Assembly (NCBI GenBank): GCA_022800625.1
Contig: JAAWQR010000001.1
Coordinates: forward strand, 83,736 to 147,735
DNA length: 64,000 nt
Direction: 5' to 3'
From: Clostridiales bacterium
GTDB taxonomy: Bacteria; Bacillota; Clostridia; Oscillospirales; CAG-272
Below are positions 18,209 through 27,633 of this stretch, piece after piece (within the stretch, counting starts at the first letter, position 1; every line of letters begins with the position of its first letter). The notes under the pieces were generated by a model. That model saw only the letters and a list, made by a program, of their open reading frames with translations, made no database searches and was not told the origin of the DNA. The translations under genes and the position numbers were made by a program.

Positions 18209-20734
18209 ATGAAAAATCTTCTTGTGCTTGACGGAAACAGCATAATTAACAGAGCGTTTTACGGAGTACACGGTCTGACAAAATCGGACGGTACGCCTAC
18301 AAATGCAATTTACGGATTTATAAATATAGTTACAAGACATATTGACCGTTTAAAACCGGATTATATGATCTGTACATTTGACACACACTTACCGACATTC
18401 AGGCACGGGCAGTACGATAAATACAAATCAAACAGAAAAGGAATGCCCGATGATCTTGCATTTCAGCTGCCGTATGTAAAGAATATTGTATCAGCTCTGG
18501 GTTTTACGGTACTTGAATGTCAGGGGTATGAGGCTGACGATATTATAGGAACAGTTTGCCGCAGCGCCGATGCCGAGAAAGATATATATTCGTATATTTT
18601 GACGGGAGATCGTGATTCTCTTCAGCTTATTTCGAAAACCACAAGCGTTATACTCATGAGAAATAAAGGCGACGAGCTGTTTGACGAAGAACATTTCTTT
18701 GAAGTATACGGCGTATCTTCATCGCAGTTTGCAGATGTTAAGGCTCTTATGGGGGATTCATCGGACTGTATACCCGGTGTACCCGGTATCGGCGAAAAAA
18801 CAGCTCTCAAGCTGATCTCCGCAGCAGGGAGTCTTGATAATTTATATGACAACTGCAAAGACGGATATTTTGGCTCCACGCCTTCCGTCTGTAAAAAACT
18901 GGACGCAGGACGTGAATCGGCGTATATGTCTCGTGAGCTTGCGACAATATGCTGCAATGCTCCTGTGGGCGGAGATATAGGCTCTTATACTGCCCGTGAA
19001 AAAGACAGGAAAGCGCTTTATAAAATATTTAAAGATCTTGAATTTGAAAACTTTATCAGAAAGTTTGATCTTCATAACGAAAGTCCAGCGCCAGATCTTC
19101 AAAAAAAAGATTTAGGAATCAGAGAAATTTCATCGGATGAGCTTGCAAAATGCACGATTACCGAACAAATACCGATTGCCGTGAGAGGGGATTCTGTCGC
19201 ACTTCTCTGCGGAGATGAAATTTTAGTTTGCAGTGAAGCTGGTGCTGACGCCTTGAAAAATGTTTTTGCACATAAGATTATCTGCTATGATTATAAGGAA
19301 CTATTCAAAAAGCTGATTCCGCTGAAAATTATTCCGATTTGTTCTATGGACATAATGCTTGCAAAATATTTGATTGATCCCGGCAAAAATACTTATCCTC
19401 TCTCTTATATTGCAGAAACATGCGGTCTTGAAGTGCCTGAATCCCTAACTGATGAGGTAAGTATTATTGCGGTCTGCGCTGAAAAATTTGCAGATGAGCT
19501 TGAAAAGCTTGATATGCTGAAATTGATGCAGGATATCGAAATTCCGCTTGCCGAGACGCTTGCCGAAGCTGAGCTTATAGGATTTAAAATTGATCGTGGC
19601 GGAATAAAGGAATATGCACGTCAGCTTCTTGAAACCGAAAACGAACTTGCGGCGTCAATATATTCGCTTGCAGGACATGACTTTAATATAAATTCTCCGA
19701 AACAGCTCGGTCATGTTTTATTTGAAGAGCTTGAACTTCCGAGCGTCAAAAAAACAAAAACAGGATATTCGACAAATGCTGAAACTCTTCAGAAACTGAA
19801 ATTTTATCACCCAATTATTTCGGAAATACTTTCATACAGGCATGTGTCGAAACTGCGCGGGACGTACGGAGATACTTTAGCCGATATGGCGGATGAAAAA
19901 GACCGTATCCACACATCTTTCAATCAATGCGGAACAGCGACAGGCAGACTGTCTTCAAATGATCCGAATTTGCAAAATATTCCCGTCAGAGGAGAGCTCG
20001 GACGGGAAATAAGAAAGTATTTCACATCGGAAAACAGCAGTTATGTATTGATAGATGCGGATTATTCGCAAATCGAACTTCGTCTTCTTGCACATCTTTC
20101 GGGAGACGAAACTATGATTTCCGCTTTTAATTCAGGTATTGATATACACACTGTAACAGCTTCTCAGGTATTCAGAATTCCGCCGGAGGAAGTAACGCAT
20201 GAACTGAGACTTCGCGCAAAAGCAGTAAATTTCGGAATAGTATACGGAATAGGAGCATTTTCGCTTTCTCAAGATATAGGCTGTACAAAAAAACAGGCTG
20301 ATGAATATATAAAGAGTTATTTTGAAACATATCCTAAGGTTTATGCATATTTAAATAAAACTGTAGAAGAAGCTGTAGATATCGGATATACCGCGACAAT
20401 GTTCGGCAGACGCAGAAAAATACCGGAACTGAAGTCATCAAACAAAAATGTAGCGGCTTTCGGCAAACGTGTAGCAATGAACAGCCCGATCCAGGGAACG
20501 GCGGCAGATATAATAAAAATTGCCATGATAGAAGTTTCACGAGCTCTGAAGAATTCGGGGATTGACGCAAGACTTATTATGCAGGTGCACGATGAGCTGA
20601 TCGTCGAAGCGTCCATTGAATGCGCCGATGAGGCAAAAAAAATCCTTGTTGAAAAAATGGAGAGCGCTGCAACTCTATCAGTTCCGCTCTTGGCTGAGGC
20701 AGGTGTCGGTTATAATTGGTTTACAGCAAAATAA
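18209..20734 (+). CDS. polA: DNA polymerase I
   Basis: 5' nuclease N-terminus MKNLLVLDGNSIINRAFYG, motif A DYSQIELRLLAH, motif B RLRAKAVNFGIVYG, motif C QVHDELIVE. ATG at 18209 follows GAAAGG; the track TTG at 18191 is rejected. Confidence 0.95.
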   Translation: MKNLLVLDGNSIINRAFYGVHGLTKSDGTPTNAIYGFINIVTRHIDRLKPDYMICTFDTHLPTFRHGQYDKYKSNRKGMPDDLAFQLPYVKNIVSALGFTVLECQGYEADDIIGTVCRSADAEKDIYSYILTGDRDSLQLISKTTSVILMRNKGDELFDEEHFFEVYGVSSSQFADVKALMGDSSDCIPGVPGIGEKTALKLISAAGSLDNLYDNCKDGYFGSTPSVCKKLDAGRESAYMSRELATICCNAPVGGDIGSYTAREKDRKALYKIFKDLEFENFIRKFDLHNESPAPDLQKKDLGIREISSDELAKCTITEQIPIAVRGDSVALLCGDEILVCSEAGADALKNVFAHKIICYDYKELFKKLIPLKIIPICSMDIMLAKYLIDPGKNTYPLSYIAETCGLEVPESLTDEVSIIAVCAEKFADELEKLDMLKLMQDIEIPLAETLAEAELIGFKIDRGGIKEYARQLLETENELAASIYSLAGHDFNINSPKQLGHVLFEELELPSVKKTKTGYSTNAETLQKLKFYHPIISEILSYRHVSKLRGTYGDTLADMADEKDRIHTSFNQCGTATGRLSSNDPNLQNIPVRGELGREIRKYFTSENSSYVLIDADYSQIELRLLAHLSGDETMISAFNSGIDIHTVTASQVFRIPPEEVTHELRLRAKAVNFGIVYGIGAFSLSQDIGCTKKQADEYIKSYFETYPKVYAYLNKTVEEAVDIGYTATMFGRRRKIPELKSSNKNVAAFGKRVAMNSPIQGTAADIIKIAMIEVSRALKNSGIDARLIMQVHDELIVEASIECADEAKKILVEKMESAATLSVPLLAEAGVGYNWFTAK

Positions 20735-20738
20735 AAAA

Positions 20739-20778
20739 GTACGGAGCCGTATCTTTGGAAACGGCTCCGTACTTTTTT
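20739..20778. terminator. Bidirectional intrinsic terminator between polA and the convergent zinc-ribbon gene
   Basis: 12-bp stem gtacggagccgt (20739-20750) / acggctccgtac (20761-20772), flanked by an A-run and a T-run. Confidence 0.85.
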
Positions 20779-21190
20779 ATAGAATTTTTACGTCAAATTT
20801 TTCTCCGCATTTGGGGCATTTTACAGTATGATTTCCGCGTTTATTCGGCAGCTTTACGATTGCTTTGCAATGTTTGCACTTTCGGAATCTGTCAGTTTTT
20901 ACAAGTCTAATTCTGTCATACAGCAACTTAATTTCAGTTTTTATCGGATTCCACAGCTTCAGAAACTTTCTGTTCTCCGAACTGCGCCGAACATAGTTCT
21001 TTGAAAATATACGGTAAAACATGTACAGAGCTAATATGAGAGTTAAAATTCTGATTAAATAGTTAGAAATAATTGCATTAAGTACACACATAACAGCATA
21101 TGCTGCCAGCAAAAAATATCCGAAGCTGTCGATGCCGTATCGACCTGATAATAAAGCATGGATCTTGGCTTTTATATTATTAAAATTCAA
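20777..21190 (-). CDS. Membrane protein with a C-terminal zinc ribbon, unknown function
   Basis: 137 aa with two TM helices, then YRIFSKNYVRRSSEN...CKHCKAIVKLPNKRGNHTVKCPKCGEKF. I recall this architecture as widespread in Firmicutes. Confidence 0.6.
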   Translation of the reverse strand: MNFNNIKAKIHALLSGRYGIDSFGYFLLAAYAVMCVLNAIISNYLIRILTLILALYMFYRIFSKNYVRRSSENRKFLKLWNPIKTEIKLLYDRIRLVKTDRFRKCKHCKAIVKLPNKRGNHTVKCPKCGEKFDVKIL

Positions 21191-21310
21191 TCTGCACCAT
21201 CCTGTAAGACCGACAACGGAATTTATATGCTATTATTGTACCACACTAATGTGAAGTGTTCGATAACCTAACATAAAAAATAATAGCGTTTTATGTTAAC
21301 GGCCTAAATT

Positions 21311-22393
21311 CTATCTTTTTAAAATCGACACAATATTTTTCCACAGCAGATCAGAATATGAAGAAATACAGTCGAAGTTCATTGCTCCGCCGTATATTTT
21401 CTCAAGTGCGAAATGATATTTTCCAGCGTCCGCAAGGCAATTCTCTGCTTCATTTTCAAGCTCGGAAGAGCATTTGAATGACAGCCTTATACCTCCTCTT
21501 ACCGAATTCAGCAGATCAGTATCAATGAATCTTGACATATTTATATTGTGGTCGGGGTTTTCCAGTCCATCAACTGTTATAAGTATTCCCTCTTCCGGAA
21601 TAAATATATCGCAAATATTGTCAGGCGCTATCGGATCGGGAGATTTGATAAAAGTATGTCCTGCAGACTGTAGCCTTTCCGAAACAATGTCCATAAATAA
21701 ATAACCTGAACCGTAGGTATCGGACACGCTTATCTTCTCCGAAGCTATGCATTCAAATGTATCAAGTCCGGCTTTCCCTTTCATTCCGAAAGAACGTACA
21801 GGTCTTATAGTACTTTTCCCGATATTTTTACGATAGCCGAGCTTTCCGATGAGCCGTTCTGCCGCTTTTTCTGCTTTTTCAAAATTAAATGCGCGTGATA
21901 TTGCAACCTTTCTCTCTGCGGCTAATATTTCGCATGCGTTCAGCAAGCTGTATGCTCGGTTAAACGCTGCGCTTTTTTTATCAGAAATTGAAATTATATC
22001 TTTCTTGTTGTCAAGCAGTTTCTGCGTATTCCAAAAGTTTGTCATATCAACAAGCTCTGATGCTCCTCCCGGATATGCCATATCGAGCATATGAGGAGCC
22101 GTTCCGTCAAGAACGGCGATTCTTCCGTCTATTATTATGCAGTCAAGCGAGTTCGGATCTGAACTGCAAAGATATCTTTGACAGTCAATTCCCTCGGAGC
22201 TGCTGAGCTCAGCTATATGTTTCATTAGAGTACTCTTTCCTGTTCCTGCTGCCCCTTTGATTATATAAATTCTGTCAAGTGTTTTTTCGTTTATTACATC
22301 AAGTGTAGTATTTACAAATCCGTGACCTGTATTCATTCCGATGAAGTAATCTCCGGGAAAGGTATGAATAGGATATTCTGTTATGTTTTTCAT
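21311..22393 (-). CDS. P-loop NTPase of unknown function (from memory it resembles the PRK06851-type two-lobed ATPases of Firmicutes)
   Basis: 360 aa with Walker A IIKGAAGTGKSTLMKHI, then CSSDPNSLDCIIIDGRIAVLDGTAPH. The second lobe has only a degenerate loop (SDTYGSGYLF). Confidence 0.55.
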   Translation of the reverse strand: MKNITEYPIHTFPGDYFIGMNTGHGFVNTTLDVINEKTLDRIYIIKGAAGTGKSTLMKHIAELSSSEGIDCQRYLCSSDPNSLDCIIIDGRIAVLDGTAPHMLDMAYPGGASELVDMTNFWNTQKLLDNKKDIISISDKKSAAFNRAYSLLNACEILAAERKVAISRAFNFEKAEKAAERLIGKLGYRKNIGKSTIRPVRSFGMKGKAGLDTFECIASEKISVSDTYGSGYLFMDIVSERLQSAGHTFIKSPDPIAPDNICDIFIPEEGILITVDGLENPDHNINMSRFIDTDLLNSVRGGIRLSFKCSSELENEAENCLADAGKYHFALEKIYGGAMNFDCISSYSDLLWKNIVSILKR

Positions 22394-22471
22394 AAGATAT
22401 CTCCTGATTTTAGCTTCGTTTTACCCTAATATTGTATGTAATACCGTTTGTCCTTGCTAATATAACGAGAG

Positions 22472-22526
22472 ATAAAAATAAAATCAGATGAGAATTTATT
22501 CTATGTGAAAAAACTCACCTGATTTT
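22472..22526 (-). terminator. Intrinsic terminator after the C39-like peptidase gene
   Basis: Arms 22480-22492 / 22514-22526 pair at 12 of 13 positions. The minus strand then reads atttttatc. Confidence 0.55.
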
Positions 22527-22531
22527 ATTGG

Positions 22532-23668
22532 CTATTTTGATTTTACGACAGCAACTGATTGGAGTCCGAGCATACTGTGCGCCGCTTCGCAGTCTTTTAT
22601 CGGATATGAAACTATTCCGTTAGAGTTGTACGGATCCGCAAATATATAGTTGTCTTTATAATATCCGATAAACACCATACAGTGCTCGTTTTCCGGATAC
22701 AGAAAAGTCTCGGATTTATCCTCTGACTGCCACTGAAGAATGCTGTCTACTTCTTCCATTCCGACTGTTACCCATACGGCTACAGGTATATCATTATCAA
22801 TGTATTTCTTCTTCAAAGCTTCAAGTGACATTCCGGTAGTATTCACGGCTTCATAATCTTTGGGCAGATATTTTCCCAAGGCTCTGACTATTACTGGCGA
22901 GAAGCAGCCGCATCCCCATTTTTCGCTCCGCGGATCTCCTGCATAATAAAATTTAGGATTAGGTCCGTATCTGCATCCGAATTTAATCGTTACAGGCTTG
23001 CAGTCAAGATAGTTGTCCACAAAATCCTCAGGTGTAATATCAAAACCGAGGTGTCTGAGAAGCATTACAGCTGAAACCGATTCGCATCCGTTAGGCAGAA
23101 TTCCTTCTTGTGATATATACGGAACATCTATACGAACTTCCGGCTTTGCATTCTGCATTTGGATAGATATTCCCCAATATTTTAAAAGATATTCCTGAAG
23201 TGCTTCACACCGTTCTTCTTCCGTGAGATCTGAAGTATAGATTCTGTTGACTGTAGAAATGATTTCCAAGCTGAGGTTAGGATCAAGAGTAATATCAGGT
23301 AATACAGCACAGATTTCTTTCATAATCATGTCTATTTCATTATTTTGATCATCGTTATACATCAGCGATAAATCTCTGTCAGCTGCTTCATCATCGGCTA
23401 CTTCAGCCGGTATTTCATATGTACCGCCGTACAAGTGCTCATATTTTGAATGCGTATTTAACTTATCGCCGCTGTCATCTGTACCCTGTGAATTTTCGGG
23501 AAGATTCAGAAAATAATTGTTGTCGAGCATTATGCTTTTTGAATACATATTGCGCCGATTAAGCTTAAAAATAACAAACACCGATAAGCCGAGAGTTACA
23601 GCTAAAATTAAAGAAATTATTCCGAAGAATACGGCAAAAAATCGAGTTTTCAGTCCATGTCTTTTCAT
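22532..23668 (-). CDS. Membrane-anchored papain-fold cysteine peptidase, C39-like (Peptidase_C39_2/BtrH-like)
   Basis: 378 aa with an N-terminal TM (FFAVFFGIISLILAVTLGLSVFVIF) and an acidic linker. The C-terminal domain has candidate Cys (ILPNGCESVSAVMLL), His (NEHCMVFIGY) and Asp (FADPYN). Confidence 0.6.
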   Translation of the reverse strand: MKRHGLKTRFFAVFFGIISLILAVTLGLSVFVIFKLNRRNMYSKSIMLDNNYFLNLPENSQGTDDSGDKLNTHSKYEHLYGGTYEIPAEVADDEAADRDLSLMYNDDQNNEIDMIMKEICAVLPDITLDPNLSLEIISTVNRIYTSDLTEEERCEALQEYLLKYWGISIQMQNAKPEVRIDVPYISQEGILPNGCESVSAVMLLRHLGFDITPEDFVDNYLDCKPVTIKFGCRYGPNPKFYYAGDPRSEKWGCGCFSPVIVRALGKYLPKDYEAVNTTGMSLEALKKKYIDNDIPVAVWVTVGMEEVDSILQWQSEDKSETFLYPENEHCMVFIGYYKDNYIFADPYNSNGIVSYPIKDCEAAHSMLGLQSVAVVKSK

Positions 23669-23689
23669 ATCAATCCCCCCTTATTACTG

Positions 23690-23728
23690 AAAATAAGAAA
23701 AGTCTCCGAATGAAAGTAGACGGAGACT
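23690..23728 (-). terminator. Putative intrinsic terminator after the nahK-like gene
   Basis: 8-bp stem agtctccg (23701-23708) / cggagact (23721-23728). The minus strand then reads tttcttatttt. Confidence 0.45.
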
Positions 23729-23737
23729 CATATAATT

Positions 23738-24823
23738 TTACTTATTGTATATTTTATTAACTATATCCATCATCTCATCATGCTTTTTTTCAATGTCATC
23801 TACAAGTTTAAACTGTGTGCGTGCACGAACAAGATTGTGCTCGGGATAATGCGTTTTGAAGTATGTGTCGCCGTTCAGGTAATCCGCAAGGAATCTTGAT
23901 CCGCACTCAAGCGTCATAAGCTTAACGGAGAACGGAAGAAGCTCAAGCTCCCTCTCAGTAATTGACGGTAGCGCTTCAAGGAATCCGCGTGTGAAGTACT
24001 CAAATTTTTCAAGGTCAAACCAAATTTTTGAAAGATCCTTTTCATCCTCGGCACCGCTTGATCCGCCGAATCTCAGTGCGTCTCCGAAGTCGTAAAGAAG
24101 AGAGCCGGGCATAACGGTATCAAGGTCAATTACGCATACGCCGTCGCCTGTTTTATCATCAAGAAGAACATTGTTGAGCTTAGTATCATTGTGCGTTACG
24201 CGAAGCGGAATAAGACCTGAAGCTATGTCGTTTACAACAACAGAAGCGTCAGCTTCTCTGTCAAGTACAAATTTGATTTCTTCTTTTACCGAATCTGCTC
24301 TGCCCACAGCGTCTTTTTCAACGGCAGCTTTAAAGTCTGCGTATCTTGAAACTGTATTATGGAAATTGGGTATTACCTCATGAAGCTTATCTGCCGGGAA
24401 ATCGTTCAGCATATTCTGGAAGTTTCCGAAAGCCTTAGCAGCGCTGTAAAGCTGCATTGGATTTTCAACGAGATCATAAGATTTTGCGTCTGTAATGAAA
24501 ATATACATACGGTAGTAATCACCGTTATCATCTTTGTAATAAGGCTTACCGTCCACAGTATCAATTACGGTAAGAGTTTCACGGTCGGGATCGCCGCCGG
24601 CAGCTTCAATTTTTTCTCTGAGATGGCTTGTTACAAGTTTAATATTTTCCATCACACTCTCAGGATCTTTAAAAACATTGGTGTTTATTTTTTGAAGAAT
24701 ATATCCCGGTTTTGTCTTTATAAGATATGTATCGTTAATGTGCCCGTTTCCGTAAGTTTTGGGAGTAAGCTCAAGATTAAAATGCTTAAGAATTTCCGAA
24801 AGATCTGTATTCTGATTATTCAT
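23738..24823 (-). CDS. nahK: N-acetylhexosamine 1-kinase-like APH-family sugar kinase
   Basis: 361 aa. GNGHINDTYL, IPLRVTHNDTKLNNVLLD, IDLDTVMPGS, EDEKDLSK and YPEHNLVRARTQFKLV closely match my memory of Bifidobacterium NahK/LnpB. Confidence 0.7.
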   Translation of the reverse strand: MNNQNTDLSEILKHFNLELTPKTYGNGHINDTYLIKTKPGYILQKINTNVFKDPESVMENIKLVTSHLREKIEAAGGDPDRETLTVIDTVDGKPYYKDDNGDYYRMYIFITDAKSYDLVENPMQLYSAAKAFGNFQNMLNDFPADKLHEVIPNFHNTVSRYADFKAAVEKDAVGRADSVKEEIKFVLDREADASVVVNDIASGLIPLRVTHNDTKLNNVLLDDKTGDGVCVIDLDTVMPGSLLYDFGDALRFGGSSGAEDEKDLSKIWFDLEKFEYFTRGFLEALPSITERELELLPFSVKLMTLECGSRFLADYLNGDTYFKTHYPEHNLVRARTQFKLVDDIEKKHDEMMDIVNKIYNK

Positions 24824-25228
24824 ATCGACCTCAAACGCCGCAAGGGCGTTTACCTCCGTCAGTAAATTTTTATTCTGATCGGCAACTTATGCCACGAAGT
24901 ATTATACCATATTACGATAATTTTTGCAATCAAAATTTAGGAATTTATTTTAATCGGCAAATTTGCAGTTCTCTTTGGTAAAAGTGACGACCAAACCGAT
25001 AAAAAGAATTGCAATATTTCTACATGTTAGGCAATACTGTATTCATATGCCGTCAAGCAGGTATGCTTTACGCTTTATACTACATTGTATGCCGGTCTTA
25101 AGATATTGATAAATTCTTAATTTTGGATATTTAATTACATTTTTCGGTTAGAAACAACTAAGGCATTCTTTGAAAAATTACAGAAAAAATATTTTTTGAA
25201 AATTGCTCGGAAAATTTCGCCTTACTGC

Positions 25229-25257
25229 TTGACTTTATGATATCGTTGTTATAAAAT
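25229..25257 (+). promoter_or_regulatory. Sigma-A-type promoter for the isomerase/oxidoreductase pair
   Basis: TTGACT (25229-25234), a 17-nt spacer, then TAAAAT (25252-25257). Confidence 0.45.
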
Positions 25258-25301
25258 AAAGTGATGTCAGAATTGTGTGTAACATATTCTGTTTCTAAAA
25301 T

Positions 25302-25319
25302 TACATTTATGTAAATGTA
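25302..25319. repeat. Perfect 18-bp palindrome TACATTTA-TG-TAAATGTA between the promoter and the RBS; candidate operator or 5'-UTR hairpin
   Basis: Read directly: tacattta is the reverse complement of taaatgta. The palindrome ends 5 nt before AGGAGG. Confidence 0.5.
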
Positions 25320-25335
25320 TCACAGGAGGTAATTT

Positions 25336-26163
25336 ATGGCATTACCAGTTGCAATTCAGCTCTATTCTCTGAGAGATCAGCTTGAAAAAGACTTCAGAGG
25401 AACACTTGAAGCTGTAAAAAAAATGGGTTATGACGGCGTGGAATTTGCCGGTCTTTGCGGAAACAAACCCGAAGACGTTAAAAAGATGCTTGATGAAATC
25501 GGACTTGTTGCTATTTCTTCACATGTAACAATCGGTGAATACGTCAACGAGGGCATCGATGAAGTTCTTGAAAAATATAAGACCATCGGATGTAAATATG
25601 TTGCTGTTCCCTATCTTGACGATGAATGCCGCCCGGGCGCTGCTCGTTATGCGGAAACTCTCGATATGATGAGAAAGATCGGTGAAGCTGCCGCTGAAAA
25701 AGGTATGACACAGCTCTACCACAACCATGACTTTGAATTCAAAACCAAAGTTAACGGCAAATACGGACTTGAAGATATTTATGACACAATTCCCGCTGAA
25801 TATCTGAAATCTGAACTTGATACATGCTGGGTAAATATCGGCGGAGAAGTTCCTGCTGAATATATCCTTAAGTATACAGGAAGAGCTCCTATAGTTCACC
25901 TGAAAGACTTCTATATGACAGGTTCACTCCCGAAACACCTTTACGCTCTTATCGGCATTGAGGACAATGCTGAGGAGGAAGAATCAACATTTGAATTCAG
26001 ACCTGTCGGTCACGGTATGCAGGACATGCCCGCTATCCTTGCTTCATCTGTTAAAGCAGGAGCTGAGTGGGTAGTTGTTGAGCAGGACGATCCTACTCCC
26101 GGATCTGATCCGATAGAATGCGCAACCAAATCCATTACTTATCTCAAGAATCTTGAGTGGTAA
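25336..26163 (+). CDS. Sugar phosphate isomerase/epimerase (xylose-isomerase-like TIM barrel)
   Basis: 275 aa. The pattern QLYSLRDQLEKDF...GYDGVEFAG...HNHDFEF is typical of the AP-endo2/TIM-barrel family. Confidence 0.7.
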   Translation: MALPVAIQLYSLRDQLEKDFRGTLEAVKKMGYDGVEFAGLCGNKPEDVKKMLDEIGLVAISSHVTIGEYVNEGIDEVLEKYKTIGCKYVAVPYLDDECRPGAARYAETLDMMRKIGEAAAEKGMTQLYHNHDFEFKTKVNGKYGLEDIYDTIPAEYLKSELDTCWVNIGGEVPAEYILKYTGRAPIVHLKDFYMTGSLPKHLYALIGIEDNAEEEESTFEFRPVGHGMQDMPAILASSVKAGAEWVVVEQDDPTPGSDPIECATKSITYLKNLEW

Positions 26164-26233
26164 ATATTATTTAGCGGCGCGGCTTGAATATCAGCCGTTG
26201 CCTAAACTCTATTTTTGAAAGGCGGACAAAATT

Positions 26234-27376
26234 ATGTCAGATGCTGTACTTAGCCAGTTCAAGCAGGAAGTGGCTGAAGAAAAGAAAGAATTTACCGGCA
26301 AGAAAATCAAAGTCGGTATCATCGGTACAGGTTGGATTGCAGAGTCTCATATCGGAAGCTATCTCAACCAGCCCGATGTTGAAATCGTAGCTGCTGCCGA
26401 TATCATTCCCGGCAAAGCAGAGCAGAAGATGGAGAAGTTCGGTATCAAGGGGGCAAGATGCTATACTTCCCACGAGGAAATGATCGATAAGGAAACTGAT
26501 CTTGATGTTGTAAGTGTTTGCACATACAACACTCAGCACGCAGCTCCTACTATATATGCTCTTGAGCACGGTCTTCCGGTTCTTCTTGAGAAACCCTTCT
26601 CTGTTACTCTCGACGAAGCTGTTGAGATCATGAAGGCTGAGAAGAAGAGCGGCAAGTTTGTTTCAGTAGGCTTCCAGCCCCGTTTTGACGGAAATATGCA
26701 GATGATAAAGAAGATCGTTGAGTCAGGCGTTCTAGGCGACATCTACTACATCCAAACAGGCGGCGGACGCCGCAGAGGTATTCCGGGAAGCACATTCATT
26801 GAGAAGTCTACCGGCGGTATCGGTGCTCTCGGTGATATCGGATGCTACTCACTTGATATGGTACTTAACGCTATCGGTTATCCGAAGCCGCTCACAGTAT
26901 CAGGTTATGTTTCCGATTTCTTCGGTAAGAATCCTAAGTACAACGGCGAAGAGGACGCTGCTCGTTTCAGCGTAGACGACTTCGGCGCTGCATTCGTACG
27001 TCTTGAAGGCGGCATAATCCTTGACTTCAGAATTGCATGGGCAATGCACGTTGACACTCCCGGTGACACTATTATCTTCGGTAAGGAAGGCGCTCTCCGC
27101 ATTCCTTCAACAGATTGCTGGAACGGTTCTGTCGGCGGCGAGATGACTCTTTATCATGATATCTGCGGCAAGCAGACAGAGACAAAGATTCCGCTTGTAA
27201 ACTCAAACGGCGATCTCTTCGACAAGAAGATCCGCTCATTCCTCGATGCAGCTATGAACGGCGGTACAGCTCCTGTTCCGACGTCTCAGATCATCTACAA
27301 CCAGGCTATCATCGACGGTATCAACAAGAGTAACGAGTGCGGTCACGAGATCGAAGTTGTTATTCCCGAGATCTAA
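26234..27376 (+). CDS. Gfo/Idh/MocA-family NAD(P)-dependent oxidoreductase
   Basis: 380 aa with the Rossmann motif KVGIIGTGWIAESHIGSY and the EKP motif (VLLEKPFS). Confidence 0.8.
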   Translation: MSDAVLSQFKQEVAEEKKEFTGKKIKVGIIGTGWIAESHIGSYLNQPDVEIVAAADIIPGKAEQKMEKFGIKGARCYTSHEEMIDKETDLDVVSVCTYNTQHAAPTIYALEHGLPVLLEKPFSVTLDEAVEIMKAEKKSGKFVSVGFQPRFDGNMQMIKKIVESGVLGDIYYIQTGGGRRRGIPGSTFIEKSTGGIGALGDIGCYSLDMVLNAIGYPKPLTVSGYVSDFFGKNPKYNGEEDAARFSVDDFGAAFVRLEGGIILDFRIAWAMHVDTPGDTIIFGKEGALRIPSTDCWNGSVGGEMTLYHDICGKQTETKIPLVNSNGDLFDKKIRSFLDAAMNGGTAPVPTSQIIYNQAIIDGINKSNECGHEIEVVIPEI

Positions 27377-27421
27377 TCGTCCGTGTTTAGCTGTATCTTA
27401 AACAGATGATAGTTTAAATGT

Positions 27422-27462
27422 AAAGCAGGGTTCAGGTCATTTGACTTGCACCCTGCTTTTTT
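27422..27462 (+). terminator. Intrinsic terminator after the oxidoreductase gene
   Basis: Stem aaagcagggt (27422-27431) / accctgcttt (27450-27459), followed by a T-run to 27462. Confidence 0.6.
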
Positions 27463-27542
27463 ATAGTAAAATACACAATAATTATAATTTTTCGGCGTAT
27501 AAGTTTTCTGAGATAATGGTGTGATTATATGTCGCTTTGCGG

Positions 27543-27571
27543 TTGACATTGTCGCATTTATATGGTACAAT
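27543..27571 (+). promoter_or_regulatory. Sigma-A-type promoter for the pyr operon
   Basis: TTGACA (27543-27548), a 17-nt spacer, then TGgTACAAT (-10 at 27566-27571). Confidence 0.6.
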
Positions 27572-27633
27572 ATTAAAAATAAGGTGGTCGGATATTTGTT
27601 TTCCTCACCTAAGAAAGGCACGGTAATCTCTTT

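Noticed and set aside
27377-27633. PyrR-type attenuator or other riboswitch in the pyr leader
   Set aside because: There is no PyrR binding-loop motif and no terminator/antiterminator pair after the promoter. Only a weak 5-bp aggtg/cacct pairing is present.
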